Below, piece by piece: positions 35,507-48,090 of a DNA stretch of 64,000 nucleotides. The translations under genes and the position numbers were made by a program. This stretch comes from Torpedo marmorata (lineage: Eukaryota): NCBI GenBank assembly GCA_977017645.1, contig OZ360238.1, positions 27,156,001 to 27,220,000 of the forward strand, written 5' to 3'. Every line of letters starts with the position of its first letter. Position 1 is the first letter of the stretch. Under the pieces are notes generated by a model that was not told the origin of the DNA, ran no database searches, and saw nothing but the letters and a program-made list of their open reading frames with translations.

Positions 35507-36108
35507 ATATAGGAGTTGGGATGTCATGTTGAAGTTGTATAAGGCATTGGTGAGGCCAAATTTGGAATATTGTGTGCAGTTTTGGTTGCCGAATTATAGG
35601 AAGGATATAAACAGAATAGAGAGAGTGCAGAAGAGATTTACAAGAATGTTGCCTTGGTTTCTGGGTTTGAGTTAAAGGGAAAGGTTGAGCAGGCTGGGAC
35701 TTTATTCCCTGGAGCGTAGAAGGTTGAGGGGTGATTTGATAGAGGTATTTAAAATTATGAAGGGGACAGATAGAGTCAACGTGGACAGGCTTTTTCCATT
35801 GAGAGTGGGGAAGATTCAAACAAGAGGGCATGGATTGAGATTGAAGCGGGAAAAGTTTAGAGGAAACATGAGGGGGAATTTCTTCACTCAGAGGGTGGTG
35901 GGAGGGTGGAATGAGCTTCCGGCCGAAGTGGTAGATGCAGGTTCAATTTTAATGTTTAAGGAAAAGTTGGATAGGTATATAGACGAGAGAGGTGTGGAGG
36001 GTTATGGGCCAGGTGCAGGTCAGTGGGACTAGGTGGGAGAAGGTGATCGGCATGGACTAGAAGGGCCGAACTGGCCTATTTCTGTGTTGTAAGTGTTATA
36101 TGGTTATA
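35507..36108 (+). mobile_element. CR1 3' fragment
   Basis: LYKALVRPNLEYCVQFW...RLGLYSLERRRLRGDLIEVFKIM; (gttatatg)n tail. Confidence 0.93.
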
Positions 36109-37035
36109 TCTCTTTATAAGTAATAATCAATTTCCCTTATTGAGTGTGGTTCATTTCTCTAAAATCAGATGACACAAACTGTGACAATTGAATTTACGTT
36201 GGATATCCTGAGTTACACTTGACAGTGCACTGTTCCCACACAGCAGAAATCTATCCAAACCACCAGTAACATGAGTTGATACCATGCTGAATCCATACAT
36301 TACTGAACAGTTCCGCAGCTGAAATAGAAACAATTGATCATCAGAGAGTCAGCATGCTGCAGCGGGAGTAACAAATGGTAGAATGTTATCTTAAAGATTC
36401 AATGATTTCATCCAAACCCATAGTTAATTGGCTACAACCTAAAAGTAATTTCTCCCAGGGATTAACTTTTTAATTAGTTGAGTTATTTGGGCTTGATTGT
36501 TTAAATGCCTGCTTCTTCCTTGGCAACACTGTTCTTGCAGTATCAGCTGCACATATTACGCTGATCTAGTTTCTTGATTATTTTATAAGAAACACAGCTT
36601 TTAAGTTTGTTCCCTTCATTTGATTATTAAAGGGTGGAGTCTTTAGTATAATTAAATTTTTTTTTATTCTATTGCATCTCATCTCATGCCTCAGGAATGT
36701 TCCAAATTGCCTCATGTGCAATGAATCAGTTTGAATTGCAGGAACAATATTGGCAAAGATTTTCCACATAAAACCCTGCTGATATCTTGCTGGGGACTTT
36801 AGTTGCCGGGTCAATTTTCTCTTCCCAGAATAGGCAGATTTAATGATGGCTTGGAAGGATAGCATTTCGACAAGGTAGAACTCTCTCAGACTTGAGAGCC
36901 AAATTGAAATATGTATTTGAGCTTTGAGCCTAAAACATTCTGACACAGAAATAAAACAAAATCATGAAAGCACTGTAACAAATTCTCATTAAAAAGACAA
37001 TATTCCTTCTTTAAAAGATTGTGTTATTCCTGTCA

Positions 37036-37460
37036 ATCCACAGGACCATAAGAGTGGCAGAGGGGATCACTGGGGTCTCCCTCCCCCACATCGACGTGAT
37101 CTACTGGGATTGTTGTCTGAAGAGGGCTCGCAAAATCATTGAGGACCCCTTCCAGCAACTTTCAGCTACTCTGATCAGGAAAGAGATATAGGATTGTCAG
37201 AGCCAAAACCACCAGGCTGAGAAATGGCTTCTTCCCACGGGCAGTGAAATTGCTGTACGACTGAAATGAACTGCTCATACAAACCCTCCGAGACTCTACT
37301 ATTTAGTGAACAATATTTATTTATTTTTATATATGTATATACGTACTGCATATGTATTGTTTGTCTGGATCTGTGCTTGAGTGTTTTTGCACCGAGGATC
37401 GGAGAATGCTGTTTCGTTGGGTTGTACTTGTACAATCGGATGATAAATAAACTTGAACTT
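37036..37460 (+). mobile_element. Rex1/Babar-like 3' fragment
   Basis: KIIEDPF...RYRIVRAKTTRLRNGFFPRAV; aataaacttgaactt tail. Confidence 0.8.
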
Positions 37461-37672
37461 TTATACAAAGATATTTTTAGATAATTGGCCATCAATGCGC
37501 TAAGATTATATCCAACAAAGCTTTTGCACCTGAACATTTTTTTGCCACATCAGTTTCCCCAAATCTCTCAGATCTGATGCCATTGAGTTGATGGTTTCTG
37601 GATGAATCTTTTATATAGTTCAAATCGGTGTTAGTCAAGGGAGTCATGACAGTGCATTTCAATAGTCTATGG

Positions 37673-37899
37673 CAGCCATTCTCAACAGGGGACGTACAAT
37701 CACCTGGGGGCCACAACACATTTAAGGGGGTGGGGCCACGAACTGAAATCAAAAATAATTTTTTAATGATTTTTATGTAGTCAGTAGGAGAGAAGTACGG
37801 AAGAAACCAACTAAACGACTGCTTCACAGGGAAGAGTGCCCATAGACTTTGAGCAGAGTCCTAAGGGGTTCATAGCCAAAAAAAGGTTGAGAACGGCTG
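37673..37899. mobile_element. hAT MITE (same family as 26425-26645)
   Basis: TIRs cagccattctcaac / gttgagaacggctg; degenerate 8-bp TSD gtctatgg / gactaagg. Confidence 0.88.
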
Positions 37900-38184
37900 G
37901 ACTAAGGGACCATCAATGTTCACAGCTGAAAACTATTGGGTCCAAAAGAGGTTGATGAATAACAATCAGAGGCACACACCCCAGTCAATGCTATAAACAC
38001 CTCAGCTAACCCAATAATAGAATTCGCCACAGACTTCAATGTACCTTTCTCCAATGAGGAAAAAGTTATTTTAAAATCAAGACCTGACACAAGACTCACA
38101 GTCTTCTGAATGGCAGTGATCCATGACTTCAGATATATTTCTGAGATCTGGACCACCTAGAGCAGGCACCTTAAAAAATGGAAA

Positions 38185-38722
38185 GTATACTGGCTGGTTG
38201 CATTACAGCCTCATTTGGTAATTCATGTGCCCATGAATGCAGAAGGCAGCAGAGGGTTCCAAATGTAGCTAGGTCCATCATAGGTTCTGACCTCCCATCC
38301 ATTGAAAACATTTAGGTGAGACGCTGCCTCAAGGAGGCAGCCAACATCATAAAGGACCTCCATCACCCTGGTCACAACCGCTTCTCACTGCTACCTTTGG
38401 GTAGAAGGTACAAAAACCTAACGGCCAGCACTTCTGGGTTCGAGAACAGTTTCTTCCAAATGGCTATTAGGCTTTTGAACTTCCCCTTTTTACACTAATC
38501 ATGCACTGCTTCTACACTACAAGAGGACTGTTTGCACTCTTATAATGCCACTTGCACTCTGGTAACTGTGAATATTTATTATCTCTTTTTAAATTTAATT
38601 TGATCCTATCTATTGTAGTTGTTCTTTGTCATAGAGTACCTGTTCAGCTGCAACAAGTAAGAATTTCAGTGCCCATGTACATTGTACAGTGTATATGACA
38701 ATAAACTCAATATCATCATTAT
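38185..38722 (+). mobile_element. Rex1/Babar-like 3' fragment
   Basis: RCLKEAANIIKDLHHPGHNRFSLLPLGRRYK; atgacaataaac+(atc)n tail. Confidence 0.85.
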
Positions 38723-38799
38723 CAAAATACTGTGAAAATACCATCAATTACTCCTTTTAAAATCCTGCAAATTCATAGAAGGAAAAAAAAGTCAATGCC

Positions 38800-39305
38800 A
38801 GAATCAGAATTTATTGTCATGAACATGTCACAAAATTCGTTGTTTTGCTGCAGCATTACAGAGCAAATATTGCTATAAATTACATTAAAAAATAAATAAA
38901 TTAGTACTAAAATAAGAGGAAGTGAGGTAGTGTCTGTGGTTGTGAGGGTGGTGTGGGTCCTTGAGGAGAGAGGCTGCTTTCTTAAGTCACCACCTCTTGT
39001 AGATGTCCTTGATGGAGTGAAGACTGATGCACGTGATGGTACTGGCCGAGTTCATAACTCTATAGTTTTTCCTGTCCTGTGCATTGGCACCTCCGTACCA
39101 GACTGTGATGCAACCAGTCAGAATGCTCTCCACAGTACACCTGTAGAAATTTGCAAGAGTCTTTGGTGACGTACCAAATCTCCTCAAACTCCTCACGAAG
39201 TATACCTGCTGGCAAGCCATCTTCATGATTGCATTGATATGGAGGCCCTAGGACAGATCTTCAGAGATGTTGACATCCTGGAACTAGAAGTTCTTAACCC
39301 TTTCT
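38800..39305 (-). mobile_element. Rex1/Babar-like 3' fragment
   Basis: LRRFGTSPKTLANFYRCTVESILTGCITVWYG; agaatcagaatttattgtcatg tail. Confidence 0.88.
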
Positions 39306-39307
39306 AC

Positions 39308-39722
39308 AGAGGGTAAACTCGGCCAACTCCATCATGGTCTTCACTCCATTAAGGAAATCTTTAAGAGGTGGTGTCTCAAGGAAGCAGCGTCTATCATCAA
39401 GGACCCTCACCTCCCAGGCCATGCTCTTTTCTCATTGCTACCATCAGGAAGGAGGTACAGGAGCCTGAAAACACACAATCAACTTCACAAAAACAGGTTC
39501 TTGCACCCTGACATCAGATTTCTGAACGGACAATGAACCTATGGACACTAACTCACTTTTTCTCTTCTTTGCACTACTTATCTATTTTTAAAAACCTTGT
39601 ATTTACGGAATTGTAATATTTTAGTAATTTTGCACCTTATTTAGCACAATACTGCTACCGCAAAACAACAAATTTCATGACACATGTTCATGACAATGAA
39701 TCTGATTCTGATTCTGATTCTA
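39308..39722 (+). mobile_element. Rex1/Babar-like 3' fragment
   Basis: CLKEAASIIKDPHLPGHALFSLLPSGRRYRSL; (ttctga)n tail. Confidence 0.88.
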
Positions 39723-39833
39723 ATTCTTATTTTGATTTCCCAGACAACATGTCGAGGATTAATGCCTAATTACAACAATTTGGTAACATTGGGCAGACCA
39801 TATATTTTGCACGCAGGACACCTGTCTTGTATT

Positions 39834-39980
39834 GAGTGAAACACGAAAGTCTGCAGACGCTGTGATTGTAGTAAAAATATAAAAATGCTCAGGCCTAAAA
39901 TATTGGTTATATATCTTTACCTCTGATGGATGCTGCGGGACCTGCTGAGTTCCTCCAGCATTTCTGTGTTTTTACTACCT
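39834..39980. mobile_element. Penelope-like terminal-repeat fragment (permuted pieces)
   Basis: aaacacgaaagtctgcagacgctgtgattg and gatgctgcgggacctgctgagttcctccagcatttctgtgttttt. Confidence 0.6.
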
Positions 39981-41289
39981 GTCTTATATTTGACCTTTGT
40001 CACAGGAGGGGATTACCAGGGAGACATGGGACAAGATTTGAGGACATGCTCAAAGCATCCTTGAAGAAATGTAACACTGATTCCTGGAAACCTTTGGGCC
40101 ATCATTGGTCAAAGAGTATTTGAGGTGGTAGGTAAAACCTTGTGAGCATGCCTCAGAGGTTCTGTACAAGTAGCATATGGAGGGAATAACTCAGCCCATC
40201 AGGTGTCTCCTGGTCCATCCTTGTCTGCGGTTCCCAGCTTCAACTCATCAGCCACATCAGTACCCCGACATAGAGTGGGAGCGAGTGGGAGCAAGGAACA
40301 GCAAAAGATGTTCAAAGAAAGTAATAAACATCTGACTTCAAACGTAGCACCCATTGGCAATTGAACCTGGGATGTTCATAAAGTCCAATCACTTTGTGTT
40401 TCTTTGGGAAACATGTTTATACTTATTTGAAGCATTCTCTACGTTGGATGAAGTCAAGTTGATTTTTCTTTGTTACTGGAAGCTTCTGCATGTGGGGAAG
40501 TTGTGCAGCACACAATTACTCAACCTCTGAAGGAGCCAAAATGAGTTCACACGAGCTTAGAAAACAACGTTTGCTGCCAGATAGGATGAAGGAGGAATAA
40601 TAAATTTAAAGAACTGTTCCTGCTTCGCCACAATTAAATCCTTTGGAATGATGAATTTTAATTGTAGGCATATTTATCTATTTCCTGTAGGCTGAACATA
40701 TCTTTTGACAGTGAAGGACTTTATTATTTTTGAACAATATCCACCAAGTAGCTGATAAGGAATTAGTTTCTTACATATTTGCAGAATTTTGAGAGGGTAA
40801 ACATAGTTTTGATATGACCACATTGATGGAAAATGGTCACCGTTAGGTTGTGGTACGAAGACTTTCTGCAGCCTGTGTTGTCCTGTTGTTTTAGACGGGA
40901 AAAGACATCTCAGAGGATGCTCCTGGGAAGAAGGCAGAATGGTTGAGATCTTACGATGGGGTGGCACTGTGGTGCAGCAGGTAGTTCTGGTGCCTCCAGT
41001 CACCTAGGTTCAGTCCTAACATTGGGTACTTCCTGATCTCACTCTGTAACTATGTAGGATTTCCCTGGGTGCTTTGATTCCCTTCCACTCCAGAAGGACA
41101 AGAGGATGCGATCACTTTAGTGTGAAAGGTGTCGAGGGAGAGGAACTTTTAAAGTGCGTTCAAGAGAGTTTTTTGAGGCAGTATGTAGTTAGTCTCACCA
41201 AAGAAGGGGCAGTACTGGTCCTAAACTTAGGGAATGTAATTGGGAAAGTGATTAGTGGGAGAGCATTTTGGAGGTAATAACCATAATTC

Positions 41290-43390
41290 TGGCAGCAAGT
41301 CAATCCATACATAATTACAGCAAATAAAAAACAGTAATGTCGAGTCCTCGCTGGGACTCAGTGACCCTCGCCGCAACTGGATTCTGGACTTCTTGATGGA
41401 ATGACCACAGTCAGTCCGGCTTGGTAGCAAAACCTCAAGTCTCATCACGCTGAGCACTGGAACATCTCAGGGCTGCATGTTCAGCCTCCTACTGTTCACG
41501 CTGCTGATCATCTCATCGAAAGACCACAGTCAGTACGAATTGGAAACAACGTCTCCTCTTCACTGATTATCAACACAGGCGCACCCCAAGGATGCGTGCT
41601 TAGCCCATTGCTCTACTCGTTATACACCCACGACTGTGTGGCCAGGCACAATTCCAATGCCATCTACAAGTTTGCCGATGACACCACAGTTGTCAGCAGA
41701 ATCACAAACAGCAATGAGGAAGCGTACAGGAGGGAGATAGATCAGTTCGTTGAATGGTGTAACGACAACAACCTTGCGCTCAATGTCAGCAAAACCAAGG
41801 AGATGATTGTGGACTTCAGGAGGAAGTCAGGGGAACACGACCCAGTCCTCATCGAGGGCTCAGTAGTGGAGAGGGTCAAGAACTTCAAATTCCTGGGTGT
41901 CAACATCTCCGAGGATCTGTCCTGGAGCCTCCACATTGATGCAATCACAAAGAAGGCTCGCCAGCGGCTATACTTTGTGAGGTGTCAGAGGAGATTCGGT
42001 ATGTCACCGAAGACTCTCGTAAACTTCTGCAGGTGTACCGTGGAGAGCATTCTGGCTGGTTGCATCACTGCCTGGTATGGAGGTGGCAACACTCAGGACA
42101 AGAATAAACTTCAGAGGGTTGTTAACTCGGCCTGTGACATCACAGGCACCAGACTTCACTCCATCGAGGACATCTACACGAGGCGGTGTCTTAAAAAAGC
42201 AGCCTCTGTCCTCAAAGACCCCCACCACCCAGGCCATGCCCTCTTCACTCTGCTACAATTGGGAAAAAGGTACAGGAGCCTAAAGACGAGCACTCAACGG
42301 CACAAGGACAGCTTCTTCCCCGCTGCCGTCAGATTCCTGAATAATCAATGAACCAAAGACACTGCCTTACTTTTCGTGCATTATTATTTATATATATTTT
42401 TTTATAGTAATATCGTAAGATGGTTATAATATGAATGTTTGCACCATGATGCTGTCGCAAAACACTGAATTTCATGACTTGTTCATGACAATAAATTCAA
42501 ATTCTGAAATTCTGACTCACGACTGCACTGCCAGATTCAGTTCTAAGAGAATCATCAAGTTTGCGGATGATACAACAGTAGTTAGCCTCATCGGCAACAA
42601 TGATGAGTTGCATTACAGAATGGAGGTTGAAAGGCTCATAAAATGGAGTGTGAACAACAATCAGAGTCTCAACGTGGACAAGACAAAGGAGATGATTGTG
42701 GACTTCAGGAGGACGAAGGTCGACCATTCTCCACTGCACAGCAACGGTTTTGTCGTAGAGAGAGTGGAGGATATAGGACGACTTATCCTGGACCCACAAC
42801 ACCTCCTCATTAGTCAGGAAGGCGCAGCAGCACCTAAACTTCCTCAGGAGGCTGAGGAGGGCAAGGCTACCGGCCCCCATCGTGACAACCTTTTACAGGA
42901 GTACAATTGTGAGTGTCCTTTCTGGCTGCATCATTGTGTGGTATGGTAGCTGCAAAGCATCAGACCAGAAGTCTATACAGAGGATTATTCAAACAGCCGG
43001 GAGGATCATTGGGTCTTCCTTTCCACTATAGATGACATTTACTCGGAGTGTTTTCTAAATAGGGAACAAGGAATTATAGAAGACACTTTCCATCCAGCAC
43101 ACAGTATCCTTGACCCACTACCTTCAAGAAGGAGGTACAGGAGCATCAAATTCAGGACAGGCAGGCTGGGAAATAGCTTCTTCCTGCAGTCTGTGAGACT
43201 GATGAACAGTATCCTGTAACCGTGACAATCATCCCAAATATTTATATTTATTTATTTTGATTATTTATGTGATTTTTATGCACTGTGTATTGTGTGTTTT
43301 TGTGTATGCCTCAAGGACTGGAGAGACATTATTTCATCGGGTTGTATATGTACAATCAGATGATAATAAATTTGAAATTGAACTTGAGAA
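41290..43390 (+). mobile_element. Rex1/Babar family B fragment interrupted by a family A copy
   Basis: QGCMFSLLLFTLL | THDCTARFSSKRIIKFADDTTVV continues across the insertion; 3' tail aataaatttgaaattgaacttg. Confidence 0.85.
41508..42511 (+). mobile_element. Rex1/Babar family A, 5'-truncated, young, RT C-terminal half open (41596-42351)
   Basis: PQGCVLSPLLYSLYTHDC...KFADD...FLG; ctga direct repeat at 41504-41507 / 42512-42515. Confidence 0.93.
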
Positions 43391-45459
43391 ACAGAGAGAG
43401 ATCAGAGCAAGGGCAATATTATTTTACTAATGTGAGATTTGTTCAAATGTTTAGAGTCACACAGGTTTAGGGTTAGGTGTAAACATCTTAGAAGGGATCT
43501 GAAGGAGAACTGAATAATCCAGAGGTGAGTTTAATCAGGGACTTGCTGCCAGAGTGGCCGGTGAATGCATGTGTTCTCACAACATTGAAAAATATCTGGA
43601 CTCGGGCTTGAATTTGTGAAGGCAAGGACCACGTGCTGGTAAATGGGATGAGAATATATTGGTACTTGCTGGTTGGCATGGACACAGTGTGTCAAAAGGT
43701 CAATGGGTTTCCAAGCTTTATAATTCTGAGTCATTTGACATCAGAGAATTCAAACCCAAGAATGGAAGATGGAGAAATATGAGAGAGTCCAGAATCTGTA
43801 CAAGTTAATCAATGAAGAGGGTGTACATGGGAGAAAAACTGAGAGTTTGTTGGAAAATTCGGGTTAAAAGTTCTATCCCTCATGATTGGTTGCAAAACCA
43901 TTTAGTGTAAGGTTAAATACTCTCAGACTATAATGGAGCCACCAGGAATCAAAGGTTGATTTCCTAGACACTGATATGAATATTATCCAAGAAAGATTGG
44001 CAGTTGAATGTGAGAATGTGAGAATGACTTTGGACAAGCCCTACAACAATAACCATTTCATATCCACCTCAACGCCAATTACTGCAGTTATCACAGCTCA
44101 CTAAGAACATCCATGTCTCAAATTATCAGTTGGTTTACAACTTATTTTGCCTTCCTTCTTTACAACTCTGATCTTCAGAATCAGAATTTATTGTCATTAA
44201 CAAGACACAAAATTCGTTGCTTTGCGGCAGCATCACAGTGCAAGCATTTATATAACCCACCTTACAAAAATAAATAAAAATAGTGCTGTTCTGCTCACTC
44301 TAACTTTGCTGACCACTTGAAAGAAAACACGTGGAGGGAGAATGATGGGCCAACTTTTTTGAATGTTTAAAAGACATTTAGACAGGTACATGAATAGAAA
44401 ATGTTTAGAGGGATATGGGCTGAACGCAGCAATGGGTCCAGTGTGGGCAGACAACTTCCACTAGTTGGGCCGAGGGCTTGTTTCTGTCCCTTAAAGCTCT
44501 ATAACTGTCAGCTCCACGCCCATGGGAATTAGGAGATATTGGCATTGAAACAGAACATACAGGTCCTGCTGTTACAATGTTGAGGATACCCATCAACATT
44601 CAATTTGTTACTTTTCACTTAAATATCCAACAAAAGCAGAAAAGTATTTCTTAATGACCGAGCAGAGAATGTTTCGATCACAAACTGAAAGTTCATGTCA
44701 TATTATCAAGCTCTCTATTATACAACTGGATAAATCAATGATTGATTATTTACATCAGAAACATAGTTGTGCACTTCATGAGTGATCAGCTTTTGTGATT
44801 AGTTGTATGAATTTTGATTAGACCATTTTATTTCCATAGATTATAACTCTATGGAATACAAACAAACAAATTGATATTGCTCTGGTTCAAAGTTAATTAC
44901 TCATCGCTAAGTGAGAAATTGATTTACCAGTGTGGCTATCTTTAACTTCAAATTCTCTTAAAGCCATTACATTATACGTAAAAGCTCTGATAACACAAGC
45001 ATACAACATCTAACTCAACAAGGTTCTTGACCCACTACAGAGTCCCACAGCTGATGACTCCATGAGGGAACTGGAAATGCCTGATGAACACCTCAGCTGA
45101 GATTCTCTTGGCAGGCACACCCATTACTGGACTACTTGTGAGCCGAGAATGTCGTGCAACCTTCCATTCAGCAGTGTGCCAGCCACAGGAAACCTGTGTT
45201 GTGAGGGTAGATTTCTCATTCAGTACAGTTCAAAAGAATGGGAGAAGCTGACTACTGGGAAAGTGATAAACAGAGTAATATTTAAATTTAACTAAACTAA
45301 CTAATATGTTTTATAATGAATTTTAAGTGCATGTGGGTGAGTTTTTAGTAATGTGATTTTTTTTAGTAATTATAAAGTGTGTTAATTTTTTCAATAGAAT
45401 GAAATACATTTTAAAGCAATACATTTAAATTAAAGTGAAAAGTTGAAGTATATTATGTG

Positions 45460-46740
45460 TGTTATTATGCGTGTACATAAGAACTACATTTCCCAGCATG
45501 CAATGCGCACGGGTTGGTTGTCGGTTAAGGTCAGTTGAAGCTGTTCGCTGAAAGTGGAGTCTGTTAAAAGCAGCTCTAAGAAAATAAAGTCGGTTAAGTG
45601 TTAAACCCACGTAAAGTCGTTCTTCTTGAAAGAACAAGCTTAACATGGTGTCAGAAGTGTCCGAGTGAGTAAGAGAAGACAATAGTTCATAAGCATGGAT
45701 AAGTTAAGTCCTCCCACACCGATGCAGTTTACCGGCAATCTAGCCGATAATTGGAAATGCTTCAAACAGCGATTCAACATTTCTTTAGAAGCTGGTAGAA
45801 TGGGAGAGACAGATGGAAAATGGAAAGCGTCTATGTTTCTGCAGGTGATGGGTGAAGATGACTTGGACATCTATAACAGTTTTCAAATTGATGAGACAGT
45901 TTTCACGTTGGACACTCTAATGACAAAATTTGAGGAGTATTTTGTTCCAAGTAAAAACGTCACATTTGAGAGATTCAAGTTTTTCTCCTGTGACCAGAAA
46001 CAAGGTATGAGCTTTGACCAATACTTAGCCGAGCTTCACACACTGAGTAAGTCCTGTGAATTCGTAGATTTGGAAAATTCACTCATTAAAGACAGAATAG
46101 TTTGCGGAATCCCAGATAATGGACAGAGAAAGACTGTTGCGTGAAAAAGATTTGACTCTGGAAAAGGCTGTGAATATGTGTAGGGCAGCAGAGACCATAC
46201 GAGCACAAACTAAGGAGATGCACAAGATAGACACAACAGTTAAGGAGCTGCACAGTATAGACACAACAGTGCATGTGATGAAAACAAATAAGCGGAGCAC
46301 CAGGAGTTTCCCAAAGCAACAACAAAGCAAATGCAACAGGTGCGGAGGTAGACATATTCCAAAGATGTGTCCTGCCTATGGAAAGTCCTGCAATAAATGT
46401 GGGAAGAAGAATCATTTTGCAAAGTGCTGCAAAGCAGGGGATACCAAGAGAAAGGTATACACAGTGGACGAAGAAATGGAGGAATTGTTTGTGGATTCAC
46501 TACAGACTGCTGCTGCTGCTGGCAAAACAGAATGGATCGTTCCAGTGACTGTGAATGAGACAGTAATTCCATTTAAGATCGACACCAGAGCCCAGGTGTA
46601 TCAGTTATCTATGGACGATTACAAGACCCTCACCATAAAGAGCAAGATGTATCCTGTGAAATTAAAAGTGACAGGCTACACTGGAGAGAACATTCCAGTA
46701 AAAGGGGGCTCTATGGTGATCTTCAAACACAAACAAGCAT
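45460..46740 (+). mobile_element. Gypsy LTR retrotransposon 5' portion (LTR, PBS, gag, protease), truncated
   Basis: LTR tgtta...taaca (45460-45645) with AATAAA. PBS tggtgtcagaagtg (45646-45659) is complementary to the tRNA-Leu 3' end. Confidence 0.88.
45483..45502 (+). promoter_or_regulatory. ZNF143/Staf (SBS2, THAP11/Ronin-associated) motif in the LTR
   Basis: ACTACATTTCCCAGCATGCA matches the ACTACAnnTCCCAG(C/A)ATGC consensus. Confidence 0.7.
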
Positions 46741-46742
46741 AA
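45695..46742 (+). pseudogene. gag: Gypsy gag-protease with one frameshift (~46120)
   Basis: LADNWKCFKQRF, ERFKFF, IKDRIVCGI; knuckles CNRCGGRHIPKMC and CNKCGKKNHFAKCC; protease FKIDTRAQV (DTG>DTR). Confidence 0.88.
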
Positions 46743-46766
46743 CATTATGTACATTACATTTTTATG

Positions 46767-46955
46767 TAGACACGGGGAGAACGTACAAACTCCTTACAAA
46801 CAGCACCGGATTCGAACCCTGGTTGCTGGTGCTGTAACAGCGTTGCGCTAACCGCTATGCTAACCTTGCCACCCTACGACAGACTAAACTAGATGTCGTG
46901 TAATCTTACATTTTCTGTTTTATTACATGGCAATAAAAGAATCTTGAATCTTGAA
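46767..46955. mobile_element. HE1-like SINE fragment (minus) abutting a family-X tail (plus)
   Basis: gacacggggagaacgtacaaactccttac...ggattcgaaccc, then attacatggcaataaaagaatcttgaatcttgaa. Confidence 0.75.
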
Positions 46956-47371
46956 TTATATAATCTCACATATTCATACATGAAAGCTCACAAATACTAG
47001 TGAGGAGCAAGTTAAAATCTGTGATCACCATAGGTATATGTGCATCTGCTAAAGCTGTGGCAGAGTATTGCTTCTCTTACTCCTGGGAATTGTATACCAC
47101 TTGTATGTCAATTACCTACCTCACATCTTTGTGTTATTTCTCATCAATAAAAACGGAGTTAATTTTGCTTTGCAAAAATTTGCCCCATCCAGTCCTTCAA
47201 ATCTTCTCCAGAATGAAATGTGAAAGAATCAAGTGTGCACTTGTTAGGTAAAAAAACATTACCTATTAACACTTTCCAACATGAATTGAGAGACTTAATT
47301 TCAATGGAGAGAAGTAAAAATTGCAAATTTGTTTGTGTTAACAAAAAATCTAAAAATATAACCCAGTCGAT

Positions 47372-47602
47372 ATCGGTTACGTAGTGGCTAGTGTAATGCT
47401 ATTACAGTGCTAGTGATCCGGGTTCAAATCCAGCATTGTCTGTAAGACACGAGCATTCTCCCTGTATCTGTGTGGGTTTCCTTCGGGTGCTCCAGTTTCC
47501 TCCCACCCTTCAAAACCTATGGGGTTTGTAGGTTAATTGGTGTATTTGGGGGGCACGTGCTAGTGGGCTGGAAGGGCCTGGTTCTGTGCTGTATCTCTAA
47601 AT
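47372..47602 (+). mobile_element. HE1-like V-SINE
   Basis: gtagtggctagtg A-box, gggttcaaatcc B-box, V-domain tgggtttccttcgggtgctccagtttcctccc. Confidence 0.85.
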
Positions 47603-47789
47603 ATCATTTGGACCTGAAAGCAGAGCAGACAGTTGTGTTTGCACCCTCACGTGATACCACAGTAGTGGGCATTCTTATTGTTGAAGAAAGTGGTAATGAG
47701 AGAAGATTCGTCATTGCCAAAGAACGAGGTACATGTTCACCATTTATGTCTCCTGTCCTGAGTCAGAAAGTCAAGTGTTTCAAATCTGC

Positions 47790-48090
47790 CCCAGAACCAT
47801 AACCTGCAAAAAGGCTCCCGTGCAATAATAAAAGTCTATTGAACAGTGGGAGTGCACCTTTATCAGATCAGATATTTTCCCTTTCAGATGCATTGATATA
47901 TTTTGAAGAAGAACAGAGGAGCTCCAGGCTCAATTTACCTCTCAACCACCTTCAGAAGACGAAGATGATCAAGTTGTAGGCAGATTGTTAGCTGGAAAAT
48001 CTTGATGTGTAGGAAGGTGACTTTACAACTGTGGCAGAACTTCAGAATAGCCTATTGGTACTGGTTTCCGGTGCTGTTGGATGTCCTGAC
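47790..48090 (+). mobile_element. Ancient Deu-domain SINE relic (SacSINE1/AmnSINE1-like)
   Basis: tattttgaagaagaacagaggagctcc...tttacctctcaaccac resembles the Deu core; heavily diverged. Confidence 0.45.

Larger units (their letters stand above)
37990..40290 (+). mobile_element. Decayed RTE-clade LINE fragmented by later insertions
   Basis: ISEIWTT*SRHLK at ~38130-38175. RFEDMLKASLKKCN.DSW at 39990-40100 matches the RTE C-terminal motif. Confidence 0.6.

Noticed and set aside
43740-45250. Faint Gypsy protease-like (YMGEKLRV) and integrase-like traces
   Set aside because: Too short and decayed to support boundaries or a family call.
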